Positions 10,801-19,135 of a DNA stretch of 64,000 nt are shown piece by piece. The position numbers and the translations under genes were made by a program. The notes under the pieces were generated by a model, which was not told the DNA's origin, did not search any database, and saw nothing but the letters and a program-made list of their open reading frames with translations. This stretch comes from Cenarchaeum sp. (GTDB taxonomy: Archaea > Thermoproteota > Nitrososphaeria > Nitrososphaerales > Nitrosopumilaceae): the NCBI GenBank assembly GCA_963693095.2, contig OY843768.1:1344001-1408000 (forward strand), read 5' to 3'. The number at the start of each line of letters is the position of its first letter. Positions within the stretch are counted from its first letter, which is position 1.

Positions 10801-13800
10801 ACGTGGCCGGCCATGCAGTCGCGGATCGAACCCTAGAGGCGACATCCGAGGCCGCACCCGACCCCCCAGAGGCCACGTCGCTCGTGTTCACCGTGCTCAC
10901 CGGCTCGCCGTTGGCAGCAAAGACTGGCGCAAACTCCAACCTTGCCGGCATCGATGACACGGTACGCATAACCCTCGACCTCGACGTCAACGTGGCCACG
11001 GCACCGCGCATAACGCTGGACGGCAGGGACACGACGTCGGTGGCCATGGGCAACGCAGGCGACGCTGACGCCTCGACGTGGAGCCACGACTATGCCGTGG
11101 ACGAATCGCACGACAGCGCCACAGTTGCAGACCCACTGGACATCCTCATCGTCGCCACCGGCACCGGCGGCAACGTCGCGAGGATAACGGACATGGAAGG
11201 CCTGGCCTCGGGCACGTTAGTCATGCTGCCCCTGATCGACGCGGAGAGGCCGATGGCCACGGCGCTCACCGCCGCCGTGGTGCTCGCAGGGCAGTCCGCC
11301 GACGCGGCAGCCGGCACGGTGGCGGCCATCGGCGACGATGTCCTCGTGCGCCTCACGGCTGACGAGGAGCTCGTCACGGCCGCCACTGACATTGTCTTCT
11401 TTGGCCGCACCGGCGTGAATGCCGACTCGGTCACGCCGGGTGCGTCCAACCTGTACACGTACGCGCGCACGATACTCGACGCGGACGCCAACGGCCCACT
11501 CGCGTTCAGCCTGACCATGAGCGACATTGCGGGCAACACGGCGACGCTCACGCAGGCAGACCTGACGGACACGAACGTGACAGTCGACGCCGACGCGCCG
11601 ACAGTCACCGCCATGTCGCATGATGACACGATGCGCACGATAACGCTCACGTTCAGCGAGGGCCTTGTCGCGTCCACGGCAGTGGCGGCCAACTTTGAGG
11701 TGCGCGGGTTCACCGAGTCGACCCAGATGCGCTCCTCCGCCGCGCTGGCGCTCAACGCGGCACACGGCACGGCAGGAGTCGCCTACGCGGCCGGCACCCT
11801 GGCCTCTGACACCTCGACGGTCTCGATCGGCCTGGACGCAGACGACTCGTACGACGCGTACAAGGTCATCATCGCGACAGCAGTCACGGACACGGCGACC
11901 AACGCGTACGTGCCCATAGACAACCCTGACAACAACCCCGCGACTGACGACAGCGACATCACGGTCCAAAAGAGAGACACGGTTCCGCCGATGGCCACGG
12001 TGATATCCGTCACCGTCCACGACGGCGCCGCCACGGTTCCGGCAAAGACGGGCGCCGCTGCAGGCTTTGCCGGCATCGGCGACACGATCCGCCTGGACAT
12101 CACGCTCAACGAGGACGCATCTGGCACGCCGACCATAGACATAGCCGGCGAGACTGGCGAGATGATGGACGGCAGGGGAGACAGCGACGCGACGACGTGG
12201 CGCTATGACCTCACCGTGTCATCCACGACGGACGAGACGGCCGAGCTGGACTTTACGATAAGGGTCACCGACGGTGACAACCCTGGCATGATAACTGCCA
12301 CGACTGGCCACGTGGGCACGCTAACATTCAACCGGCCGGCCATAGACAGGACGGCACCGGCGGCCTCGTCGCTCACCACGACAGTGAGGCTCGAGGGCGC
12401 GACGGCAGACTCGCCCACTGTCACGCTGGCCGGCATCGATGACGTCGTCCGCGTCAACGTCGCGGCCAGCGAGCCGCTCGTCACGGCCGTCGGCGACATT
12501 GCGCTCTTTGGGACGTCGACTGCCGCCGACTCGGTGGATCCCGGCGCGTCCAACGCACACTCGTACGTGCGCACGATAGTCAACTCGGACGCCAACGGCC
12601 CGCTCGCGTTCAGCCTGACGATGCGCGACAGGGCCGGCAACACGGCGACGCTCACGCAGGCCGACGTGGACGGCACGAACGTCACCGTCGACGCCGACGC
12701 GCCGACCATCATGTCTGCGGTGACGGCATCGACGGCGACGCTCACAGTCACGCTCTCTGAGGCAGTCACGGGGACGTCCATGGGCGGACACTGGTCGGCA
12801 ATCGACACGGATCCCGCCGTGACTGCAGCAATCTCCACGGCGGACGTCTCGGGTGACACGGTGACGCTCACGTACACGGGGATTGAGGACACGTCGTTCA
12901 GCCCAGAGGTCACGTACACGCCGCCGTCCTCTGGAGCGCCGGCTGACGCGGCGCGCAACGTGTTGGGCGGCAACCCTGTCACCGCCGCCGACGGCGTCGC
13001 GCCGACGGCGAGCGCGGCCTTCTCGGGTCGCACGCTCACGATCACGTTCAGCGAGCCGGTCAACGGCGTACCCGACGCGCCTGACACGCTAACGCTCACG
13101 AGGCCAAACGGCAGCACGATTGCGCAGGCGTTCACGCACGGCAACGGCGATCGCACGGCGACAGCAACGCTCGCAGAGGTGCCGGCGACAGGCACGTGGA
13201 GGATCGCCATACCGGCAACGGTCACCGACGTGACGGGCAATGTGCGCGATGTGGCCTCGGCGAACATACCTGCCGAGTCAGCTGACGCGCCGATGGCGAC
13301 TGCGATATCGTACACGGTCTTTGAGCCCGGCGGCACGACGCCGCGTGCCTCGCCGTACGCAGACTATGCGCGCGCCGGTGACGCGATAGCAGTATTCGTC
13401 ACGCTCAACGAGTCCGTGAGCGAGGCGCCGACGATTCGCTTTGTGGACCAGACAAGCCCCACGGTGATGACGCGCGTCGGCATGACTGACGAGTGGACCG
13501 CGGCGTACACCGTCGAGGCCGGCACGACGGACATCAGATTCACTTTTGAAATGATGGCCAGCGGCGCGGTGAGCGGCGCGATGGGTGAGATACGTGACAC
13601 GGCACTCCCTGTGACGCCGCCGACGATAGACCGCATCGCCCCTGCGCTCAGCGCCGCACAGACGGTGGACCTCGACGAGGTCACCGTGTCCTTTAGCGAG
13701 GACGTGTCGGGAACGACGTCGGCCATGGACTGGGCAGTCGGCGGCACGCAGGCGGCGAGCGTCGCCGCCGCCGGCGCCGCGCAGGCCGGCGACCAGGCCA

Positions 13801-16800
13801 TAGCGTCAAGGGGCGCGCTCACACTCGGCCTCTCGCAGGCCGGCGAGCTCGCCGGCGGCGAGGCGAGACCCGCAGTCGTCTTTACGGCCCGCACGACGCC
13901 GGCTCTCCTTGACGTCGCCGGCAACCCGCTTGCCAGCGGCTCGGTCATGGCAATAGACCGCATACGCCCGAGCCTCGTCTCCATGGAGTTCACGGCGCCC
14001 AACATGATCACAGTCACGCTGAGCGAGCCCCTTGATGCCGACACGCTGGGCACGAGCATCCCGCAGGGCAGCCTTAGCCCGCACCTCGGGGGAATCACGG
14101 TCAACTATGCGGCCGGCGCCGAGTCGCTCACGCTGATGACGCTCGAGAACGCAGTCGAGCGCGCAAGCCACTCGCTCACGCTGCCCGTGCGCGTGACTGA
14201 CGCGGCCAACGCCGCCGGCGTGTCGCGCAACGCCATCTCGCAGGCCGCAGTGGCCGCCACGCTGCCGGACACCACGCCACCCACGTACACGGCGCGCACG
14301 CACAGCGCCTCGCAAGTCATCGTGACGTTCAGTGAGCCTGTCGAGGGCACGACGGCGGCGTCAGAGTGGGCAGTCGGCGTGCCTGCATCCCCCGGCGCGG
14401 CCGTGCCGACGGCGAGCGTGGTGGCCGACACGCCCAACGCGGGCAGCGCCAGCGCCACGATAGCGTCATCGCCGGCCTTCACCGGCCCGCTCTACGTCGG
14501 CCTTGCAGGCGCCGACACGGCCAACCACTGGGGGCCGGCCGACACGCCAGACGTCAGGTTCACGATGCCGTCAAACGGCCTCACCGACGTGGCTGCGCCA
14601 GGCGGCACGGCCAACGCGCTGGAGACTACTGCCACCGTGACGGCCAGCGACGGCATTGCGCCCACGGCGGCCTTGGCCGTCTTTGTGACGCCGACTGAGG
14701 TCCACGTCACGTTCAGCGAGGACGTCACCATCGAGGAGGGCGGCGTCTGGACAGTCTCCGGACTCGGAGTCACCGATGTCATGGCAGGCTCGTTGGGCAA
14801 CATTGTGGAACTCACAGTCGATCCGCCGGCCGTCGAGGGCGAGGCGCACACAGTGGGCGTTGCGCGCGCAAGCGTGCGCGACGGAGGCGAGAACACGCTT
14901 GCGGCTGATGTGAACATCGCCGGTGTCACATACATGAGCACCGTCATGTTCACGGCGTCCACGTTCAGGGCAGCCTCTGGCGAGTACGTCAGGGTCGTCC
15001 TAGATGACAGCACGGCGGGCACGACAGTCGCCGGCGAGTGGTTCATCGGCGTTGCCGCAGACGGGACCGGCGGTGCGGCAGCGGCCTCGCTCTCGGCTGT
15101 CTGCACGGCCGGCACAGACCCCGCGGTCCAGGCGTCGATCAACATGGCCGACATTTGCCCTGGTGCTGCCGAGTCTGAGCCCAACACGATATACCTCGCG
15201 TATGTCGCGCCGGACTCGGGCGCGACGCCTCGCGTGGCGTACAGGGCGCCGAGCGGAGACGGCGCGACGCCCATAGTCTCGGCGCTCAACATGCTCGGCA
15301 TATCCGATCGCGCAGTCATCGCCGCCGACGGCCTGGCCCCGCTCCTCACGGCGGCGAAGACGGCGAGCTCGAGGACGCTCACGGTGGCCTTTGATGAGGA
15401 CATCGCGGCAGCCGAGGGCGGCATCGACGCCTCGCGCTGGCACCACTACGACTCGGCGGCCACGCCGCCCACGAGTGCCGAGCTCGATGCCGCAGTGAAT
15501 GCGGGAACCGCCTTTGCGTCTGCAGCGCTTGACGGCCGCACGCTCACGCTTACGCTGCCCGGCTCGTACGCGCCGTCGGCCGGATGGGGATCCGCTGACA
15601 CGTCTGCAGTCCCGCAGACTATAGGATACCGTGTGCCGGCCGGTGAGTCGCCTGACATTACTGACGTTTCGCCGGCGGCCAACGGCCTAGCTGACGGCAC
15701 GGCGCGGCGCGGGGTTTCTGACGGCGCGCCGCCGGAGGCGACTACGATCATGGCAGTTGTTGTCGAGGATTCTGACGGTGACGGGGTGTTCATGCCAAAG
15801 GTCGGCGCAAACGCGCGAATAGCCGGAATCGGCGATGCGGTAAGCGCGACAGTCATGCTTTCAGAGGCGTCATCGACTACAAGCCTTCCGACATTTATGG
15901 CACTTGGCACAACGCAGGCGATGGTTCTGAGCGGCGGCGGCACCACGGCGACGGCGTCTATCGCCGTGCCTGACTCGTGGACGCGTGACGGTCCACTCGA
16001 GTTCACAATAACGGCGCACGACATGGCAAGTCCGGCCAACACTGCAATGTTTACGCAGGACGACCTAGTTGGCGACGGCATTATCGTGGACGTGAGCGCA
16101 CCGACGATAGAGTCCGTCTTGCTCATCTCGCCATCTAGCGCCCAGTTCACGTTCTCCGAGGAGATCATCGGAGCAGGCAGCGTTTCAGTCAGTCCTGATG
16201 CCGGAACAGGCTCGCCTGCCGCAGTCACGCTGCACGCCGACGGAACCCTGGCGACTGCCGGCCTTGTGCTAGCCGGCAGGACATACACGTTCACGATCGA
16301 GACGACACTGACTGACAGGGCAGGCAACGCATTTGCCGCACAGGACATACAGGTGGACGCAGACGGATCGTTTGTGTCTGATGTCCTAGTCGTGCCAGAC
16401 TCTCCGAACTGCGCAGGAGACGGCCTCTTTGTGACGACAGGGGGCGACTCGATCCGCCTCGTGCTAGACAACGTGGGCGCAGACGGCATCATCTGTCCGG
16501 ACATCACCATGTCGATACAGGGCAGGATGACGATGTACATCAGGGCCGGTACGGTGGTCAGCTCATTTGGGCCGGATCTCGGGAGGACACTAGAGATGTC
16601 CATAACTAGCCGGCTCGACTCAGCAGGGCTAGCCGGCACGCTGACCGGCGAGATCCCCGAGTACGTCGCCGCAGCCGGCAGGGACGCCGACGCAGTGGCC
16701 GCAAACGAGATGGCCGCATCGGCCATACGCGCAAGCGAGCCGGCGATTCTAGCCGTGCTAGGCAAGGCAGACGCCTCGGCGCCGATGCTCTTTTCGCAGA

Positions 16801-18074
16801 ATAGCGTTTCAATCAGGCTCCACGGAGCTGCCAACTCGGTCCATGCGTTCTATGTCGACGGCTCGGGGCTAGCTGATGTCCACTCTATACCGACGTGTGC
16901 CGATGAGGGATACATTGAGGCCGGCGCAGCCGCACCGCCGTCCCTCGGTGACGCCGCAGTTGCAAGCGATGCTGCCGAGTGCCGTGTGGATGACAGGGAC
17001 GACATTGTCATATGGACAAACCACTTTACGCTCTTTGGCGCAAGCGCGCAGGGAACGTCGACGGGCGGATCCGGATGCAGTGACTGCACGCCACCGACAC
17101 TTGGCGTGGACAGCACTGGAACAAGAAGGGTTGATGGCGGGTTTTCGTACAACAACGACAGGATCAACGTCGAGTACTATTACACCCCCATGCCGCTGAT
17201 CACAGTCGAGACCGGCGAGGAGAACGTCGCGCAGATGGTCATATTTGAGGACAGCGGGGCGCACAACACCAGGCATGTTGGCCTCGGCTTTGGCCTCTCG
17301 CGCGGACAGCACTTTGCCGAGTCGCAGGCCGAGATACGCGTGGACATGCCGCGAGACCACGACGCCATGGTGTCCCTAGACGATCCCGCCAGTGCGATAG
17401 ACGCCGACTCGCTGCGCGTAAGTGACGATCTAGTAGAGTGCATGGCAGGATCAAGATCCGTGTGCAAGCTCATCACGATACGTCACACGTTCCGCGAGCC
17501 GCTCAAGTTCAGCATGGTCTCGACAATAGTCTGGGACGACAGGCGCAACTCGTGGCAGAACTTTTTCAACCACGGAATTCACGTCATAGGCGAGTCGCTC
17601 AACCCACAGCACGGCATACCGGTCAACGACGGTAGCCTCATCCTATACCCGCTCATATCCTCAGACCGCGACACGGACGGTGACGGCCTGTACGACTATG
17701 ATATCCGCCATGTGACGTACATGCTAGATGACGAGCAGCACGTGTACCGCCTCGGGCCTGACGGCGAGTACCACCCCCTGCGCAACCTCTCGCTCATCCA
17801 CCACGCCGGCATCGAGGAGCCACTCCACGGCAACATAGAGCACCTGCCACACGGGCCGGCCCGCGGAACGGCGGGGTTCTGGGAGGCAGTCGAGCGCGAG
17901 CGCCATGCTGCGGCCAGCAGCCTCGCAGCAGCGCACCCTGGGCTGGCAATGCATGGGGATGGCAGTCTCGCCGGGCTGCCGGATCACGGCTCGCTGCTCG
18001 AGGGCGTCCACGAGGCCATAGCCGACGAGATAAACGCCGCAGAGCTAGGGGTGCGCGCCGCGCACGTGCCCTAG
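4857..18074 (+). CDS. Giant secreted/surface repeat protein (4405 aa), putative adhesin
   Basis: Uninterrupted 13.2-kb ORF; signal peptide (PIAIAVLAIMASVSGAAA); Thr/Ala/Asp-rich Ig-like repeats (ITLTFSEPV...D.AGN); C-terminal DCTPPTLG...WDDRRN domain. Confidence 0.92.
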   Translation: MRMASPVPIAIAVLAIMASVSGAAAHPDETGAHSGFHTVVPGGTVDNVTWADAVSPLSAGDVSSSISAAEFGAMSQETRSRLAEGTAQISRIIFEPQFGQSHTATVPELDASEWSLIEGAAGDVDAACNRVGIGGAVVDGRMVGSGGVLRTMHEILGIRASGEVIFAHDALSTTAARMHVIYHPDSAPSVPGTQPGTRACTYIADGNDHVEIGRRSAATSPAGFPVDRIVLSFGEEIAIRPGASGGIENLGQTHMYTALHPTCSTDVAVSCQLYPVNSGQGVVFGPDPGGELTVTPDATQRPRAVGMGTGNFWGDGVFGIGWTTAGGAGILRANDANTGETAPDGRHIASPLVDWSADPEPHFAVSDGLAPAPAAQFTAGTGDAVGTYTQVFTEAPAGTAATVLDGVQVWRTAADGTRAQVTPTVSALSGSTLTFTATPSLALTDHVEYVGIDDAEGNVAVRPAIESVEQMSSTITVVTLSVPVSGTTEARQWSADGGGGEARAIGVASGRAASVTPDTSSAGDRDVSVSLQSRITLAHAAIPEASSVTVRYAPPAAHASHADRFADRLAASGVRLEAQTLAEAGFTASTAGTTSIAVTFPAAASGSTAPREWIVGGSLTPESITVGSAIAVTGSVTLTSVREITLNLPASGALADSASTTTLVYTRPTAGPTPNSITVGTDILESTPTAEPVPVADGIRPTVLSASFVDSRTIDVTFDEAVTTRGTWSVSPALGTVTARDGATPETIRLSTEREATTGLYTITVPAGVSDTAVVPNGADLAAYPTVGTSYRTAGTTLGFGLTFAGPRTLVLAPSDPLDPGTVTMANFAVTAPDGTVLPDDDDSGDDPVALADSNPVMYGHGPPPTVIIRLGIDMVNAVAYTVTPSALVADVTGAAYSGGGVSVTYATGGRMVADGGRTDLNTWEGVPFDSQVRSTFSLLASDAEFAAIDDPTRRRLAEGTAQISRVLFSPHFGEHATVGPALDAAEWTFVEGEADAVDASSCTRVDGMGTTRDVIEIIAVRSGAPVLLVHDALSSTSARVHAIYHPDAEPSIPGTVPGSRGCDYLNDGNNHVSVDTRSATTSAAGYPADRITLVFSEPVTFRGTAGARASTTEVTFDLDCRMTATTCDIQTAPGIASGPVQGRSFTLTPHSSVRATLANGGTDAFWAPDGRFGVSWAHGNIGVGIKRNDNLADVLSGRIVQDVLDGLSPAPNAALTGTGTPDDPYVQAFSETPDGTVSTVLDGVRIYRTDTGGTRTEVSATATAVGSSSLSFVSGDDIEATDHVEYVGIRDAAGNLSTRPVIESITRIQDTVTIVTFNDSISGATTSRQWLVGAGTELPTAHASGVSAGRHFAVPADGGRSKAILFEKSVTISHAAVAPASTLTVQYSPPDHTSYANRLDDRLAFSGVRVEGQVVRDVAPDTTVPTIESATLNSPTQVTAIMSESVRGTVRGAEWNVGGVTFGSGTASGRIITLRLDPESAPFPTAVAAGTRLAYTGGGSITDTSAELNALAGGASAPLTDGAAPTLASGAAVDALYMRARHSGTTTDTTDPVSAGGELRVYVRASEPLVTAASDISFHAGGAPAASVVAVSGLGANAHVYSRTVTESETNGPVAFSLTIRDAGGNMRTLTEDDLTTDRGAGSGHRTTVDTVRPDASAEFTGNAITITFSEPVYGVPDMLEVRSPDGMREDMSHNHNGGDVAVRIEIDGTPATGTWTVNIPDSVRDAARNVRAVTSSSVTAERGAAPTATLAYTVFESDSTTQRAAPYTNHARAGDVIRLSLTLSEAVNTAPTVVFVGKVDDPTTPLVDESGRANMVNVSGTNEWRAAYTVETAMQNSNLVDGAFTFTATVMGNTGATATVTPASHTSATPPVIDRMPPTASATFTGADTIAITLSDAPVGTRSQIEDHAYAVTVPDGTVTPDDADSLPDAVALATADATATPPVMPVSYDAASRTITLTLADDAPAGVVHTITLPPELTDVAGHAVADRTLEATSEAAPDPPEATSLVFTVLTGSPLAAKTGANSNLAGIDDTVRITLDLDVNVATAPRITLDGRDTTSVAMGNAGDADASTWSHDYAVDESHDSATVADPLDILIVATGTGGNVARITDMEGLASGTLVMLPLIDAERPMATALTAAVVLAGQSADAAAGTVAAIGDDVLVRLTADEELVTAATDIVFFGRTGVNADSVTPGASNLYTYARTILDADANGPLAFSLTMSDIAGNTATLTQADLTDTNVTVDADAPTVTAMSHDDTMRTITLTFSEGLVASTAVAANFEVRGFTESTQMRSSAALALNAAHGTAGVAYAAGTLASDTSTVSIGLDADDSYDAYKVIIATAVTDTATNAYVPIDNPDNNPATDDSDITVQKRDTVPPMATVISVTVHDGAATVPAKTGAAAGFAGIGDTIRLDITLNEDASGTPTIDIAGETGEMMDGRGDSDATTWRYDLTVSSTTDETAELDFTIRVTDGDNPGMITATTGHVGTLTFNRPAIDRTAPAASSLTTTVRLEGATADSPTVTLAGIDDVVRVNVAASEPLVTAVGDIALFGTSTAADSVDPGASNAHSYVRTIVNSDANGPLAFSLTMRDRAGNTATLTQADVDGTNVTVDADAPTIMSAVTASTATLTVTLSEAVTGTSMGGHWSAIDTDPAVTAAISTADVSGDTVTLTYTGIEDTSFSPEVTYTPPSSGAPADAARNVLGGNPVTAADGVAPTASAAFSGRTLTITFSEPVNGVPDAPDTLTLTRPNGSTIAQAFTHGNGDRTATATLAEVPATGTWRIAIPATVTDVTGNVRDVASANIPAESADAPMATAISYTVFEPGGTTPRASPYADYARAGDAIAVFVTLNESVSEAPTIRFVDQTSPTVMTRVGMTDEWTAAYTVEAGTTDIRFTFEMMASGAVSGAMGEIRDTALPVTPPTIDRIAPALSAAQTVDLDEVTVSFSEDVSGTTSAMDWAVGGTQAASVAAAGAAQAGDQAIASRGALTLGLSQAGELAGGEARPAVVFTARTTPALLDVAGNPLASGSVMAIDRIRPSLVSMEFTAPNMITVTLSEPLDADTLGTSIPQGSLSPHLGGITVNYAAGAESLTLMTLENAVERASHSLTLPVRVTDAANAAGVSRNAISQAAVAATLPDTTPPTYTARTHSASQVIVTFSEPVEGTTAASEWAVGVPASPGAAVPTASVVADTPNAGSASATIASSPAFTGPLYVGLAGADTANHWGPADTPDVRFTMPSNGLTDVAAPGGTANALETTATVTASDGIAPTAALAVFVTPTEVHVTFSEDVTIEEGGVWTVSGLGVTDVMAGSLGNIVELTVDPPAVEGEAHTVGVARASVRDGGENTLAADVNIAGVTYMSTVMFTASTFRAASGEYVRVVLDDSTAGTTVAGEWFIGVAADGTGGAAAASLSAVCTAGTDPAVQASINMADICPGAAESEPNTIYLAYVAPDSGATPRVAYRAPSGDGATPIVSALNMLGISDRAVIAADGLAPLLTAAKTASSRTLTVAFDEDIAAAEGGIDASRWHHYDSAATPPTSAELDAAVNAGTAFASAALDGRTLTLTLPGSYAPSAGWGSADTSAVPQTIGYRVPAGESPDITDVSPAANGLADGTARRGVSDGAPPEATTIMAVVVEDSDGDGVFMPKVGANARIAGIGDAVSATVMLSEASSTTSLPTFMALGTTQAMVLSGGGTTATASIAVPDSWTRDGPLEFTITAHDMASPANTAMFTQDDLVGDGIIVDVSAPTIESVLLISPSSAQFTFSEEIIGAGSVSVSPDAGTGSPAAVTLHADGTLATAGLVLAGRTYTFTIETTLTDRAGNAFAAQDIQVDADGSFVSDVLVVPDSPNCAGDGLFVTTGGDSIRLVLDNVGADGIICPDITMSIQGRMTMYIRAGTVVSSFGPDLGRTLEMSITSRLDSAGLAGTLTGEIPEYVAAAGRDADAVAANEMAASAIRASEPAILAVLGKADASAPMLFSQNSVSIRLHGAANSVHAFYVDGSGLADVHSIPTCADEGYIEAGAAAPPSLGDAAVASDAAECRVDDRDDIVIWTNHFTLFGASAQGTSTGGSGCSDCTPPTLGVDSTGTRRVDGGFSYNNDRINVEYYYTPMPLITVETGEENVAQMVIFEDSGAHNTRHVGLGFGLSRGQHFAESQAEIRVDMPRDHDAMVSLDDPASAIDADSLRVSDDLVECMAGSRSVCKLITIRHTFREPLKFSMVSTIVWDDRRNSWQNFFNHGIHVIGESLNPQHGIPVNDGSLILYPLISSDRDTDGDGLYDYDIRHVTYMLDDEQHVYRLGPDGEYHPLRNLSLIHHAGIEEPLHGNIEHLPHGPARGTAGFWEAVERERHAAASSLAAAHPGLAMHGDGSLAGLPDHGSLLEGVHEAIADEINAAELGVRAAHVP
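11480..12705 (+). repeat. Near-identical intragenic direct repeats (~120 bp copies at ~11482-11601 and ~12586-12705)
   Basis: GACGCCAACGGCCC(A/G)CTCGCGTTCAGCCTGAC...GGCAACACGGCGACGCTCACGCAGGC...ACGAACGT...GTCGACGCCGACGCGCCGAC present twice. Confidence 0.85.
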
Positions 18075-18134
18075 CGGGCCGATAGGCGTCCTGCGCTCTC
18101 TAGTTTAAATTACCGCGCGCGCGTGCCCCCCGCC

Positions 18135-18473
18135 ATGGGTCCTGGTGAGGAGCAACGCGCCCATTCCATGAAGAAGGAGTTTGTCATAAAGAGCATAGAC
18201 TCAGCCGGCGACGGCTCGCCGCATGTCATAGTGTCGCTCTCCTCGGCAAAGGATCTCCAAGAGTCGCGCTCGCCACAGTCGCCGATGGGCACAAAGGTCA
18301 TGGGGTTTACCAACATGGGGGACATGATGAAGGACATCAACAAGATGTTCGCCGGAAACGTGGCCGGCCTCACGTCGATACGCCTTGACATTCACGAGTA
18401 CAAAAAGATGAACCTCTCGGTCGGCGACAAGGTCTTCCTCGAGATGACAAAGGCCGAGACGCTCGGCGTCTAG
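18135..18473 (+). CDS. Conserved thaumarchaeal hypothetical protein
   Basis: MKKEFVIKSID...IRLDIHEYKKMNLSVGDKVFLE; TTTAAAT box at ~18104; start could instead be 18168. Confidence 0.7.
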   Translation: MGPGEEQRAHSMKKEFVIKSIDSAGDGSPHVIVSLSSAKDLQESRSPQSPMGTKVMGFTNMGDMMKDINKMFAGNVAGLTSIRLDIHEYKKMNLSVGDKVFLEMTKAETLGV

Positions 18474-19135
18474 ATTTTGGCGCCGGGTGAGGACTTTTTG
18501 AGCGACTCCCAGTCCTTTAGGAACGCCTTGAGGCCAATGTCGGTGAGCGGGTGGAGGAGCATCTTGCCAAGAACGGCAGGTGGGAGCGTCACGACGTCGG
18601 CTCCGAGCTTTGCGGCATCGACGACATGCACGGGGTGGCGCACGCTGGCGACTAGAACCTCGGCCTCATAGTCATAGTTTTCGAGCGACTCGATGATATC
18701 CTCCACTAGGACCATGCCATCGTGGCTCGTGTCATCAATCCTGCCGATGAACGGGCTGATGTACCTTGCGCCGGCCTTTGCGGCAAGTATCGCCTGGCTT
18801 GTCGAAAAGATCAGCGTAATGTTGACCGGTATATCGCGCGAGACGAGTGTCTTGCACGCCTTTAGTCCGTCCGGGGTCATTGGGCACTTTACGACGACAT
18901 TGTCGCCGTATTCGCGCAGGCGCATTCCTTCGGCGACCATTCCGTCATGGTCAGTCGCGACGACCTCGAGGCTGACATCGCCCTCGATGATCTTTGCAAT
19001 CTCGGCCATTGCCGCTGCGGGATCGCCGCCCTCGCGGGCCAGGAGCGTGGGGTTTGTCGTGATGCCATCTACAAGGCCCATGTCGTTGTACTCGCGTATG
19101 GCATCGATGTTTGCCGTGTCAAGAAAGATCTTCAT
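18470..19135 (-). CDS. tal: Transaldolase (TalC/Fsa type)
   Basis: MKIFLDTAN, GITTNPTL, VVKCP, NITLIFS, SPFIGR, ASVRHP. Confidence 0.93.
   Translation of the reverse strand: MKIFLDTANIDAIREYNDMGLVDGITTNPTLLAREGGDPAAAMAEIAKIIEGDVSLEVVATDHDGMVAEGMRLREYGDNVVVKCPMTPDGLKACKTLVSRDIPVNITLIFSTSQAILAAKAGARYISPFIGRIDDTSHDGMVLVEDIIESLENYDYEAEVLVASVRHPVHVVDAAKLGADVVTLPPAVLGKMLLHPLTDIGLKAFLKDWESLKKSSPGAKI

Noticed and set aside
5675-16834. Many long antisense ORFs (up to 478 aa) opposite the giant gene; likewise opposite dnaK, purB and others
   Set aside because: Shadow ORFs expected from high-GC codon bias; no motifs, and they mirror the real reading frame
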